From: Antedon mediterranea
Lineage: Eukaryota > Animalia > Echinodermata
Assembly (NCBI RefSeq): GCF_964355755.1
Contig: NC_092679.1
Span: 15,607,432-15,671,431, forward strand
DNA: 64,000 nucleotides
Reading direction: 5' to 3'
Shown here: positions 1 through 11,871 of the stretch, piece after piece
Layout: the number at the start of each line of letters is the position of its first letter
How positions within the stretch are numbered: the stretch's first letter is position 1
The notes under the pieces: generated by a model
Databases searched by the model: none
Told to the model about the DNA's origin: nothing
Seen by the model: the letters and a program-made list of their open reading frames with translations, nothing else
Program-made: the position numbers and the translations under genes

Positions 1-2247
1 GCTTAATCAAAATATGTCAGCGCGCCGTATAGCGTAGTAAGTAATTATGCAATCAGAAAATCGCGTACTGAAGGCGTTTAGCATGTGTCCGATAGAACGC
101 GATCACAGTTTGCGATAAATTTTTTAGTGAGCAAAGTGTCATTTGTGCCAGTTGGCTCAGCCGATAGCTACTGTGTGCGCCGGACTTAATGAAGGTAGCC
201 TCTTAATTAATAGTGCCTGTCCCTCCGCAAAATACTAGATCAACTAAGTCTTATCCTCCACCTTCAAGCATCTATTGTTTAAAAATCACAATTTATCAGA
301 GATCATCAGAGATGTTGACATTTTGTACAATAACCGACAGGGAATTTCCCACAACAGCAACATATTGGACTTAAGTATTAAGTAGTAACGGCAAGACATA
401 ATTAGTAGTCATTATTAATAGAAACAACTTAGAAATAGGTTATTGAACTAATGATGAGTACATTTAATTTTTTTTGTATAATATTTTTTTACGAACCGAC
501 TCGAAATTCATCCTAGCAATGTTCTATGAGATTTGTTTTTTATTTTAAAACTACAGTAGCTAATGTTTGCTGGTTGTAATTTTTTTGGGAAAAAAATAGC
601 AATACAGTAGGCACTGTACAGTACTTGAATTTGATGTGCTAATTTCTGTATAACCTAATGTAAAAGGTTTTCTATTAGAAATTCTATCTAATGCATACAT
701 TTTGTATCCCTGGCAAATGAAACTCAACTATTGTACATCTTGACCTTTGAGGTGTTGGAAGCTAGCTTATTATGTAAAATAAAAGATCGACACTTTGCAG
801 ATTAATTTAAAGTAGTCTCGGTAAATCTATTTAGGAGGTAGGTCAAGGCTTAATCCACGGTGTTAGAAAAGACATTGTTAATAGATTAAATATGAAGAGA
901 GCTACAAAGATAAAACACTAAGGTAAAATAGTCCATACTTTATTTAATATAAATGTACTAGAAGTATTATTGCACTTTAGTTAAGTTATATACTCATACT
1001 TTCGCTTTTCACTTAATTAATGATATGTAGGATGCGTTCACGTGTGTGTTTTTTTTCTCTGTCTGTATGTTTACACTCTCAATCAATTAGAAAGGCTGAT
1101 CAGCTGCATATGTTTAAACACAATTTTATATATTGCTTTGAATCTCTCTGTTTGCACCATGTAATCTGACAACATTGACATTTCACTACACTATTCAATT
1201 CTTCAGAATTCCACATTATTTTAAAATTATAAACAACCTACAGTAGACAGATACAATACAGTACTGTAGGTATGGCGTTTGTACAGTTTAGCAATTACCC
1301 CTCATACTGTGATTATAAACAATTAAATAAACAAGTTGTTCATTACATACATCGTTTAATGTTTCACTAAATAAAAATAAACAAGTTATGTTTTTTTACA
1401 GTCATAGCTTTTTGTTTACTGTAAATAGGAGTTCATGGAATAACATTATGTTTAAATACAGTAGCCTCTTATTTATTAGAATTAATTCTAGGTACTGTGG
1501 TACTGTAAGGGGCTGTTCAGATCTACTGTATGGACACAGTACCATATGCAGCATCATGCAGCACAAAATCCATACTGTACTACTGTAGCTAGCAAAGGTT
1601 TCATTAACCATCTACAGTAAAATGACATGGATGATTAGCCTTAAAAAAATCTCACCTAATTCAATTCCAAAGTCATGGAAATAAACTGGGATATTTTTAC
1701 TGTATTAATAATAAACATTTTAAATGCGTCCGTGTCATCTAATAATACCGACAGACTACATTTTGACCTTTCAGTGAATTAGTCTCATTCAATTCACTGT
1801 GTTTATAATAGCTAAATCCGTATAGTAGTATACTTTAGTACTACTATGTACTCTAGTCTATTGCTATTGACCATGATACGACATGCTTTGACGTCAATCC
1901 TACCTGGCATTTTAACTCAACAGAATTTATAATGTGAATATGTCATAGCTGCTGAGCTGCTACTGTAGCATACAGTGGATTTCTCGATGTTGGGCACATA
2001 ATAGGCTTAGGCATCATAGTTTTGAGTGTTTGTTTCATTGTAATGCATAAATCCAGTGGCCATATTCACACTTATATAGTAGGGGAGATATTCCCTTAAA
2101 TACTACACACTTTAAGGAAGTTTTTCCTTTGAGACAAAATATGACCAATTTTTTTTTTTTTTTTTAGGAAAAGGCTGAACAAAAAATTTATGTTTAAAAA
2201 AATATATATTACCATGACAGTACTGTATACTGTAGCTAATATTTAAC

Positions 2248-2480
2248 AGTACAATTGAAAACCCTCCTTTGATTTGAGACACCCATATCGAGGAACAACC
2301 TTTTAGAGCGGAAGCTTTTCCAAGAAACTAGCAAGGGTACCATTTTCTTATTATTGTCGGCAAACTGGGAGTCAGCAATCTGGGAGTCGGCAAACTGGTC
2401 AGATACCATCTACTGTAAATTAAGCGAAAACACTTTGTTGGTTCCTTATGGTGTCCCCTTTTAACAGGCATTCTACTGTA
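2248..2480. mobile_element. Degenerate pogo/Tigger-like MITE remnant
   Basis: CAGTACAATTGAAACCCTCC...GAGACACC at the left end and GGTGTCCCCTTTTAACAGGCATTCTACTGTA at the right end, typical of CAGT-terminated TA-inserting MITEs. Diverged. Confidence 0.35.
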
Positions 2481-3869
2481 TGTTTATCCTTTTTTTTACT
2501 CAAAGATTTAAGAAATCAAAAATTCAGTAGAAAAAATTCAGCATTTCCTATTGAACTACTTTACTTATTAAAATAACACTGCATTATTCAGCAAGAAACA
2601 CCCATTACTAGTTGCTTAGCTTTCCAAAGGTCATGGGTTCAAATCAAGTCCGATCGAATCCTTTATCAGTGACTGAACAACCCTATGACTAATTATGTCA
2701 AGAGCTTTGAAATTGTGTCGTACAAATTGAACGCAGTTGGTTTTACAGACTTCCGTTCTTTTCTAGGAATGACCATGAAAGTTTTATACATAATTGCAAT
2801 CACAGTAAAAAATGCTAATCAGTTCATTCGATTAGATTTATAGTCGATAAGCCAAGTTTCAATAAATAGCATCATTAGAATTAGTACTTATTGAGTTGTG
2901 TCTATGGTAACGCACTTGCACGTCACATAGAGTACTGTATGCCCATGAAAACACAATTACTTACCAGGAAGACGCGCCAAGTGCTCTATTAAATATAGCT
3001 ACTACTACGGTAACTATTTAGCTTCATTTCGTATAGATAGCAAACAGTGCTTTACTGTAATTAATAGCCTTTGTGCCATATTGAACTGTCAAATCATAAT
3101 TATTACTTAGTCAAAATTTGCTTGCAAACTGTACATTTTAATAATGCTATTACTGTAATTTCTAAAATAAGTTTCTAGGACATATTCAAACTGGATATGG
3201 TGAATTTTTAACTGCATGGGTTGCATTAAATAATGAAAACTATTATACTGTATGACAATGGACATGTACATACTCTTGCATTACTGTTAAAATCAAGACC
3301 AAAATGAAATTCAGGTGAAGTACTAATACACCTGATGATTTAATGTCACTCTCAAACCAATGGCAATGACAAAATGACAACAATTAACATATAAATTGTA
3401 TACAGATGTACAGTACTGTACTGTAGCTTCAATTATTTATTTAAAACACTATGATTTATAAAAGTTAGTAATATATATTTTATATTACTGTATAATAAAC
3501 AGTACTATATTAGTACTGTAGGTGATATATTTAGAAATGATTTAACTGGAGTAAACATGTACACACATGCTGGAAATTTGATTTGTAGATGTTCTCAATG
3601 ACCTTTGGCTGGCTATTCTTACTACACATTACACTTTACTATTATAGGCACCTGGTAAGGAATATTTCATGCTACTACTCTAGAATACGTAATTGATTCA
3701 ACTACAGCATGATGCTGAATATGTTTATAGCCTACACATACACTGTACAATACTGTAGGATTGTTGGCTGAATGATAATTATAAATACAGCAGTAATCTG
3801 TTCCACAAAATACATCCTGTTTACCTTCAAAATAGTGTATAAAGTCTGCTACAGAAAAATATGGCAACA

Positions 3870-4348
3870 TTTCGATGATATGAATTTTATGACGCGATGT
3901 GAATAAAATGCATCAGTATGAATTGAATGAAACGTTTTGAATACAATTTTTTGAATGCTTGGAAAAGTCGAACTATTGGCGGCGTATGTCATTCCCTCCG
4001 TGCTCTCTTGGTAGATTGACCACGAACCGGACCTCTCCGCATTACTGTAGCTTTTTCCCCTACTAAATGGATCAAAGCCTCGTTTTGTTAGGATTCGCTG
4101 TAGAGGATCCATATTGATGACAATGGAGAAGAGAGGAGAAGAGAGGAGAAGAGGGTACCAAGGCTTAAGACGTTGGGAAAAAAAAAATCACGAGCGGCAT
4201 ACCGCCAAGACTTTTCAAAGCATTCAAAACATTTCATTCAATTCAAAGCATTTCATTCAAAACATTTCATTCATATCGCGTCATTCAATTCATATCGATG
4301 CATTTCATTCACATACTGTATGGCGTCATAAAATTCATATCATCAAAA
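3870..4348. mobile_element. Degenerate long-TIR (foldback-type) MITE
   Basis: Left arm GATGATATGAATTTTATGACGC...AATGCATC...ATGAATTGAATGA...TTTGAATGCTTGGAAAAGTC is the inverse of the right arm GACTTTTCAAAGCATTCAAAA...TCATTCAATTCATATCGATGCATT...GCGTCATAAAATTCATATCATC. Confidence 0.6.
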
Positions 4349-4389
4349 TCCTACGTAAACGGAGTTTCATAGTAAATGTTCCTTCTATT

Positions 4390-4745
4390 CTACAGTATAC
4401 CCCTTTCACATCGCCTACAGTTAGCAATAGCATACAGGGGAATCAACACGCCCCAGTGTGTGTGTGTACAGGTAGGGCCAAATAATGTACAGTAGGTATC
4501 CATCTACAGTATATACTGTACCCCTTTCACATCGCCTACAGTTAGCAATAACATACAGGGGAATCAACACGCCCCAGTGTGTGTGTGTACAGGTAGGGCC
4601 AAATAATGTAGGTATCCATCTACAGTATATATACCCCTTTCACATCGCCTACAGTTAGCAATAGCATACAGGGGAATCAACACGCCCCAGTGTGTGTGTG
4701 TACAGGTAGGGCCAAATAATGTAGGTATCCATCTACAGTATGTAC
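4390..4745. repeat. Tandem repeat, 3 copies of ~115-120 bp
   Basis: Unit CCCCTTTCACATCGCCTACAGTTAGCAATAGCATACAGGGGAATCAACACGCCCCAGTGTGTGTGTGTACAGGTAGGGCCAAATAATGTAGGTATCCATCTACAGTAT starts at ~4400, ~4521 and ~4634. Confidence 0.95.
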
Positions 4746-7700
4746 TGTACTGTATATGATATTATGGCACTCATGTAGTACTTAAATATCCCAAATTTGC
4801 TAGTCCATTTGAAAGTTTTAACTCGCTGATTTTACTGCAAAGTGCAATCAAAGCAACAATTTATTTATTACAAACTCTTGCTTATAACTGGGTCACACTT
4901 CACAAATCACAGATTATCATAATTTCAGGATATCAATTTACAAGGCATGGTGTCAATTTTATAGTGCACTTGCCTACAAACAATAGTGAGGAAATTAGCA
5001 GATTCCTAAATCTGTACTGTATACCACTTTCCTGGGGCATACTGCAGCCTAGTTTCATGCTGTTGCTTGAGGCAAACAATTTTTCCTCAAACTTTCATGC
5101 AATGCTAAAGTACATTAACATTCATTACTGTAGTTTTGTACAGTAAAAAACAATAATAATATTCCAATCCAAAGGCAACCAAATGATTCATCAACATTAT
5201 GAATATTTAAATCATAAAAGTGAAAAGGGTGTATGTAAAGATATGTCAAGTCTCCCGATAACTGCAGGAGTTTTCCCAAATTTCAATTGATCTCCTGTGT
5301 CCCGCAAAAAATACTGTACAGTAAAATTTGTTTTGGATTATCATTTATTTAGGCAAGCTACTGGATACAGTAACTACAACTACTGTAGGCCTTGTTTGAA
5401 TCACCTTTTAAAGGAAAAACCTAAATACTCTACATTATTCCACATTTGGACTTGTTATGCCCATTGTTTTACTATACAACTACTGTATACAGCTACAAAG
5501 ACATTAATTGCATTTATTTTAATAGCCTCCTATATTTGGAATGTATTTTGCAAAAATTATAGCACCCATGTGTTATTACTGTTCTCCACTTTGATAAAGT
5601 AATACTCTAAATATTTTTTTTTTTTTTTACTTCTTGTACAGTATTACAAAAAGTCCAACAAAAATGTTAGTATTATTATAATGAAAGTGGTTACAGTATA
5701 CACACAGTAATGTACAGTGTACAGTATACTTCTACCTGTATACATTACTAATACTATATTCATTATGGGTAATTTTTATCTGAAATCAATTAATTATACA
5801 GTATACCTCGCCAGTATTTAACTGACCAATTAAATTGATTCCTGCCTTTAATGTGCAGTGAGTGACAAGTCAGTCTAATGCAACTCTATCATACTGTACT
5901 GTTTAATGTTTCTGTTTATAATGAATATAATTTAAATGAATCAAATGGGAACACTTCCTGTTACTGCAGTTATTACGCTAATTGATGTTTCTTCAGTAAC
6001 GATACCAAAACGGTAACTCAGTAACTGAACACTGTACTATCCTAAGTACCATATTTGATGTAACAATTAATATTAATGGCTCAATGAAACAATAATATTA
6101 AGACTGAAACTAATTGATCGTACTGCATTATTTAAAATAAACAAGGAAGAAAACGATTAATTGAAGAATAAACAATAATAAATTACACAATCAAGATTGC
6201 CTAATGAAGAAATTTGAGAATTCAACAGGAAAAATAGGGATTGGGTTAGGAAGGAAACTAAACGCAGAGTTGGCATATTTCCATTTCAATTTGTATGTGT
6301 CAGAAATTGTTACTGTTCTAAGTAAGGACATGACAGTGTTGCAGGAAGAGATACAAGCTGTAGGCCAACATGTCTTGTATCTTTAGGCATTACTAATCTA
6401 CACAAAGGCTGGGTATGCGTACCCTGGGGACAGAACTTAAAGGTTATCAAATTTAGGCCGATAGTTACTGTATGGTATCAATCTGTACTACTGTACAAGT
6501 GTACAGTAGTCAACCTAATACAACACAGATAGAAATGTCAAATGCACAGTAAAAACTAGTGTTTAGATACAAATATGTTTTGTAATTGCTGCCTTCTTAG
6601 CATACTGAAAAGGTATTTGCTTTTACCCTCCAACTACAGTACCTCAATCCTTTGTTTGGTATGGCATGCACCCTTACATTTCTGAGATACAGTATTGATA
6701 CTCGTGCTTCCTGCACTTTTCTTTGCAAGCTTGTTTTAGAACATTGCTGCAACCATTGTATGGTTCTCAAATCTAATCTACAGTAATCAACAGTTAGTAT
6801 TTAATTCTGTAAAAAACTTTCCCAGAGTCATCAAATTATCATTTTCTTCATATAAGAAGTGTACAACACTTTTCAACATACAGTACACCAGGTACAGAAA
6901 TCTAGAGTCCAGAAATGCTAATGAAGACCCTAAAAAATGTCAGTAAAAAAAAATTTACACAAACAAGTGGTACTGTAACAGTTGAAATCCAATCTCTGTA
7001 ACAGTACATTATCACAAACAACATGAAATATTCATGTTCTTTAAGTATTAAAGGTAATGATATTCACATAATAAATAATCCAATATGGCTAACATTTTCA
7101 GCCATATTGACTGTACATTAATTTGTCTGCTATGCAAAATTATGTATAGTGTGAACTGAGAAAGATATGCTGCAGTGTACTATAATGTATTACTATATTT
7201 CATTAAAAACATATTTTGATTAACGGAAAACGAACACCAATATTGTCAATTACTGATACAAAAAATTTTTTCATATTCACAATTCTACTGTACTGTAGAC
7301 CTTTTTTTTTTAAATTTTGTTTAAAGAAAATCAATTAGTTAGAATTAAAATTTAACAATTACTTTACTGTACTGTACATTTGTTTTTATAGTAATAGTAC
7401 TGTATACTGTAGGGACAGTACCCTGTGCTTTAGTGTACTTTTGCTAAGTAATGTACTGTAGTATACAATTGGACATGATCAGAATTGTTACCGACTTGGC
7501 TCTGTAATATTTATTGTATTTATCACTCACTACTGGATTAATATACAATATCAAGTGATTCACAACCACTCACTTGAATGCAGGGATGGAATGAATGATA
7601 AGGTCAGTCCCGTCTCTTTTAAATCAGGCTTAATACAAGTGCCTTTCTTCCACCAAGAAAATATTCTTTTTGCCTTGGAACTACTGTATGTAAATAACTA

Positions 7701-8686
7701 AAAATAAAATACAGGTAACTAGAATCTTTCAGTTAACCTGTTGTATACTACTGTACAGTAAGTACAGAACTTCAAAATCTTATCTTCCACATTACAGGTA
7801 CACTGTAAAGTACTGTACTGTACAGTATGATGTAAAGTACTGCATGATGTACAGTACAGTACAGTATCTTCGCTAAAGTACGCCCTTGCATTTACTGTGA
7901 CATGTAGCAGTACAGTACAGTACTACTCTAATTATAACTAAGCATGTTTTAATTTAGGCAAAAATGAATTTCATGATAACAACGTGACATGAACGAGTGG
8001 AATTAATGTTGGTTAAGGCTTCAATAAGCTAAACAAAAGACTGACAAAAAGCATGTCTTAAAAAAACCTAAGGCCAAATAAAACAAATTGATGTCAACAT
8101 TTGAAAACTAACCAGATTATTCATATTTGAAAAGGTTAAATCTGTTACTTGAAATATGCACAAACAGCATACATTAAAAGTAACACTAACAGTAATTGTA
8201 TAAAAATTTGAATAAAATAAAAAACATTTCAGCTGCTACCCAATTTGACCGACGGTTATATAACTAAATTCATACTGTACAGTATAATAATTGACTCAAC
8301 ATCATCAATATACAAGTACCACCATTACATACATAGAGTAGAGGGATTGTTTTAGGATGGCTGCCAAACTGCACTGCGACTAGGCCTACTGTGCAGTATG
8401 CTATATAAAAAGCACTGACATCACTGAACCTCATCATTTGGCCGCAATCGCATTAAAGTTTTGGGGTTTTTTTTTTTTTTTAATTACAGTAAGACTAAAT
8501 GGGCTATAATAAACCATAGACCAGCACTGTACTATAGTTACTGTAGGAAGATTCAAAGCTTGCGTACATCAATCTGCTTACAGATGTTACCCTTTTTCAC
8601 TCTGTCCTAATTGAATTAATTTTTCAGTAAATACAAATGTAAAATACAAATTTGCCAAGTATACAGTTTTTTTTTTATACACTCAC

Positions 8687-8849
8687 CTTTGAGAAGGGGC
8701 AGAGGGGTCAATTCCACATTGTTTTTTGTCCTGTATTTTGAAGATCCTTGAGACTTTTTCTGTTTCCCTTTGCGCATTGACTTTTTAGTGAAAGGATCTA
8801 TCTTGTCAGAAGCTGGTAGAGTCGTCGTTGCTACTGGAAGCTGACTCAT
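8687..8849 (-). CDS. PPP2R5: PP2A regulatory subunit B56 (PPP2R5 alpha/epsilon-like), first coding exon; gene continues beyond the left edge after a >8.6-kb intron
   Basis: Encodes MSQLPVATTTLPASDKIDPFTKKSMRKGKQKKSQGSSKYRTKNNVELTPLPLLK, matching the B56 N-terminal pattern (DKVDGFSRKS...SQSSSQFR...ELTPLPLLKD). Ends at a phase-1 donor AAAG|GTGAGT. No further exon recognised in 1-8686. Confidence 0.88.
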
Positions 8850-9440
8850 TTTTCTTCAAAAAACAAAGTTTCGTTAAATTTTCACTAATTAAAAAAAAGC
8901 ACTTATATTAAAACATGATTATTGAATTTTTATTAAAAATATCAAGAAACATTCATGGAATCTAGGCCTACTACACAACAATACACCGAGTACGGTTAGA
9001 TCCAGTTTTTGCGGAAAAAATGTACAGTACAAACATTACTGCCGACAGGAATCAATGGGTTTGTCGCCTAATTACCTTACTCCATCGTTATGCCAAGCAT
9101 TGATTATTGCTACAGGTTCAAACAAAATGACATGCAAGGTTGCCTGTGTATCAGCCTATATATAGCCGGCCCTAACGAAAATATTACTTGCAGTTACCAT
9201 GTTGTTTTATCGCAAAATTAACATTACTATCACCCTCATTTCCAGGGATTGCCTTGCCTGAGGTATGCATTCACTTAAATTTAGCATACTGTAGGCCTAG
9301 AGAGTCTCAACAAGTCATTCTTGCTCTCCAGAGCACAAACTCACTCTGCTCTGACTGAACAGAATATACTTTAATATTAGGCCTAGCCTAGGCCTACCTA
9401 CTGTATGTAGATAGCCTATTTAGTTAGTAGATGATAAATA

Positions 9441-10205
9441 AGGGCGCGTTTATACAACACGCTATTACACGCATATTCTACACGCCTACGAAAAGTGTGT
9501 TGTATAACAACAAAGAGATTCCGTGTAATGAGATTTTAATTGCAAAAAAGGCTACTTGGCTGAATCCTAAAATTTGGTGGATTCCCGGTCGCCGTTACCG
9601 TGTTGGAAGTGTCCTCAGGGTATATTTTGACCTCTCGTTAAAACAGGTCGTAATATCAATCATGTCATGCGACATTGCTAACAAGATTGGGCCCATTTAT
9701 TGCTGCTTCGCTGCCAGCAATCATCCTCCTACCACGTCTTACGCCTAGCCTAGTGGGGCCAACTCGTAGTGGTAGTAGGCCTCTATCGTTTCCCACTCCA
9801 AACAGAATAAAAAAAATAACATCGCAAAAATGGCATCTTCTTCCATAGTGTATAGATGAAACAAAGAAACCCTTAAAATAACTTTTATTAATTTAAATGA
9901 ACCGAGAACAAAATAAACAACAATGCAAACGTGAACGAATACAATATAATGAAAATGGTAAAAACCGCGCGAATACATCAGACAGCGAGGAGGCAACGAT
10001 GATTGTTGACAACTCAGCCAATTCAAGCGCGATCAACGATTTGACCTTTTATCCTAGCATGCTCTGCGTGTTGATGAAACTTCCGGTATAACACGGTATC
10101 GTGATTTCTAGTATAACAGCAAACGTTAAGGTGGGTTGACCTCGGTCCGAACAACACGCTAAAAATTAAAGCCGTGTTCAAATTTAGGGTGTTGTATAAA
10201 CCAAT
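9441..10205. mobile_element. Probable non-autonomous DNA transposon
   Basis: Imperfect terminal inverted repeat GTTTATACAACACGCT (~9448) / AGGGTGTTGTATAAAC (~10186). The interior is CpG-richer than its flanks. Confidence 0.4.
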
Positions 10206-11134
10206 AGGCCTGAAAACCACAATTTGTTAAATTTTATATAGGACCTAGGCTAGGCCTAGGCCCTAGCCTAGGGCTAGTATTATTCTAGTATTAATATTCA
10301 TTTTCTTACTATTAATTTTGTATACAGCTTTCCTGAGTAAATTTAATTAACGATAAATTCCAAGATCATGAGCATCTACTTCGGATGCAATATTAATCCT
10401 AGCTTGTTCCCTGGAAGTGAATTGTGGCTGGCCCGAGAGGCTACGCTGGGGACCTTTTCAGTCAGCGACTGCTTCTTGATCGCTTTGCAATAACTTAGCC
10501 GGCCTCGAAAAATTCCCTTCAGCTCCTCAAAATATATCCGTTTAGTAAACACAGAGTTTCAAATTGTAGGCATTTATATTAGGAATATTCCATATCAAAC
10601 CTTTACACAATTCAGCTCGTAAATAATGCGTTTAGTTCCAAATTTAATCGTTAATCCATTACTTTCTTTTACCGTCAGGGTTTTGCTTGTGTTGCTACCC
10701 TAAGGTGACCCAAAGTAGCATGTGACCTTTTCCTGACGATTTCATTGGATTTTCAAAATGACAACCCGGATATTCTGACCTTCCAAAATAAATGGCGCCC
10801 TCTTCAGTATAGAAAGATTAATTTATAGACTTTTAGTCCAGACGCGCGCGCACAGGCAAGATAATTTTCTTTTTTAAAAAAAATTATTTATATAAAAACT
10901 ATTGCTTTTATTGAATTGTGAGTAATAAAAAAGTTGAATTTGTTTTTAAACATATAAATATAAGAAAAAGAAAGAAAAACACAAAGAATAAATATGTAAA
11001 AATTTAAAAAAAACATATCTGCTATCTTTCCCTAATCAAACACATAATATAAATCAATCAAGACAAAATACAATAAAGCCTCACATCTAGCCTAGTAACA
11101 ATTGTACTTGCAAATCTTCAAAAACTGCAAATCT

Positions 11135-11238
11135 AAAGCTCTATCTACACTTTTTTACCTCCATGATATGTCATATCACTACCATTTAGGCACAACACTT
11201 GTTTTTTCAAACTAGTTTGATAGTGTAAACAGAGCTTT
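11135..11238. mobile_element. Harbinger/Tourist-like MITE family A, internally deleted copy
   Basis: AAAGCTCTATCTACAC...AGTTTGATAGTGTAAACAGAGCTTT; same family as the copy at 12003. Confidence 0.7.
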
Positions 11239-11871
11239 AGCTGGTAGAGCCTTTCTACAGTAATGGTAAATTTGTCGTAAGTAGGATTATGTGAACCAAA
11301 AGAAACACCAACATCAATTGGAAGTTGCCATTATTTATTAGTTCAATTAAAATAATTGTCACATTTCTTTACAATTTATAACTATTACTTTCACAAATAT
11401 AATTTCACTATTTCGTACAATTAAGCTTTTTAAATGTGTGTAGTTATCATGTACAATTGTTATGGTAGAATTTTACAAATTCAGAACAAAAATACAAAAA
11501 CAAGAATGCCTTTTAATAATTATTTTAAGTTAAAAACTGTTAAATATGTAATAATATATTATTACAGAATTATTGTATTTTATGATGGGTAAAAACTTGT
11601 TTTAAATTAAAAGTCTGACAACTCTATAAAGTATGTTCCTATAAGAATGTGATTTCTTTTATAATTGAGGATAAATATATAATTACAACATACAATACTT
11701 TAAAAATAAAGCTTTCATGCACTGGAAGGCAAGACTTTGGTTAAACAACAATAAAATACTTCCTAGTTTATTTAACCAATACAATTCTTTTTCTAGGAAT
11801 TTGTAAAAAGGAAATCAATTCTTTTTTTTGTCAGTTACAAAAAAACCAGTTGTTGATAAAACTGGATTTCA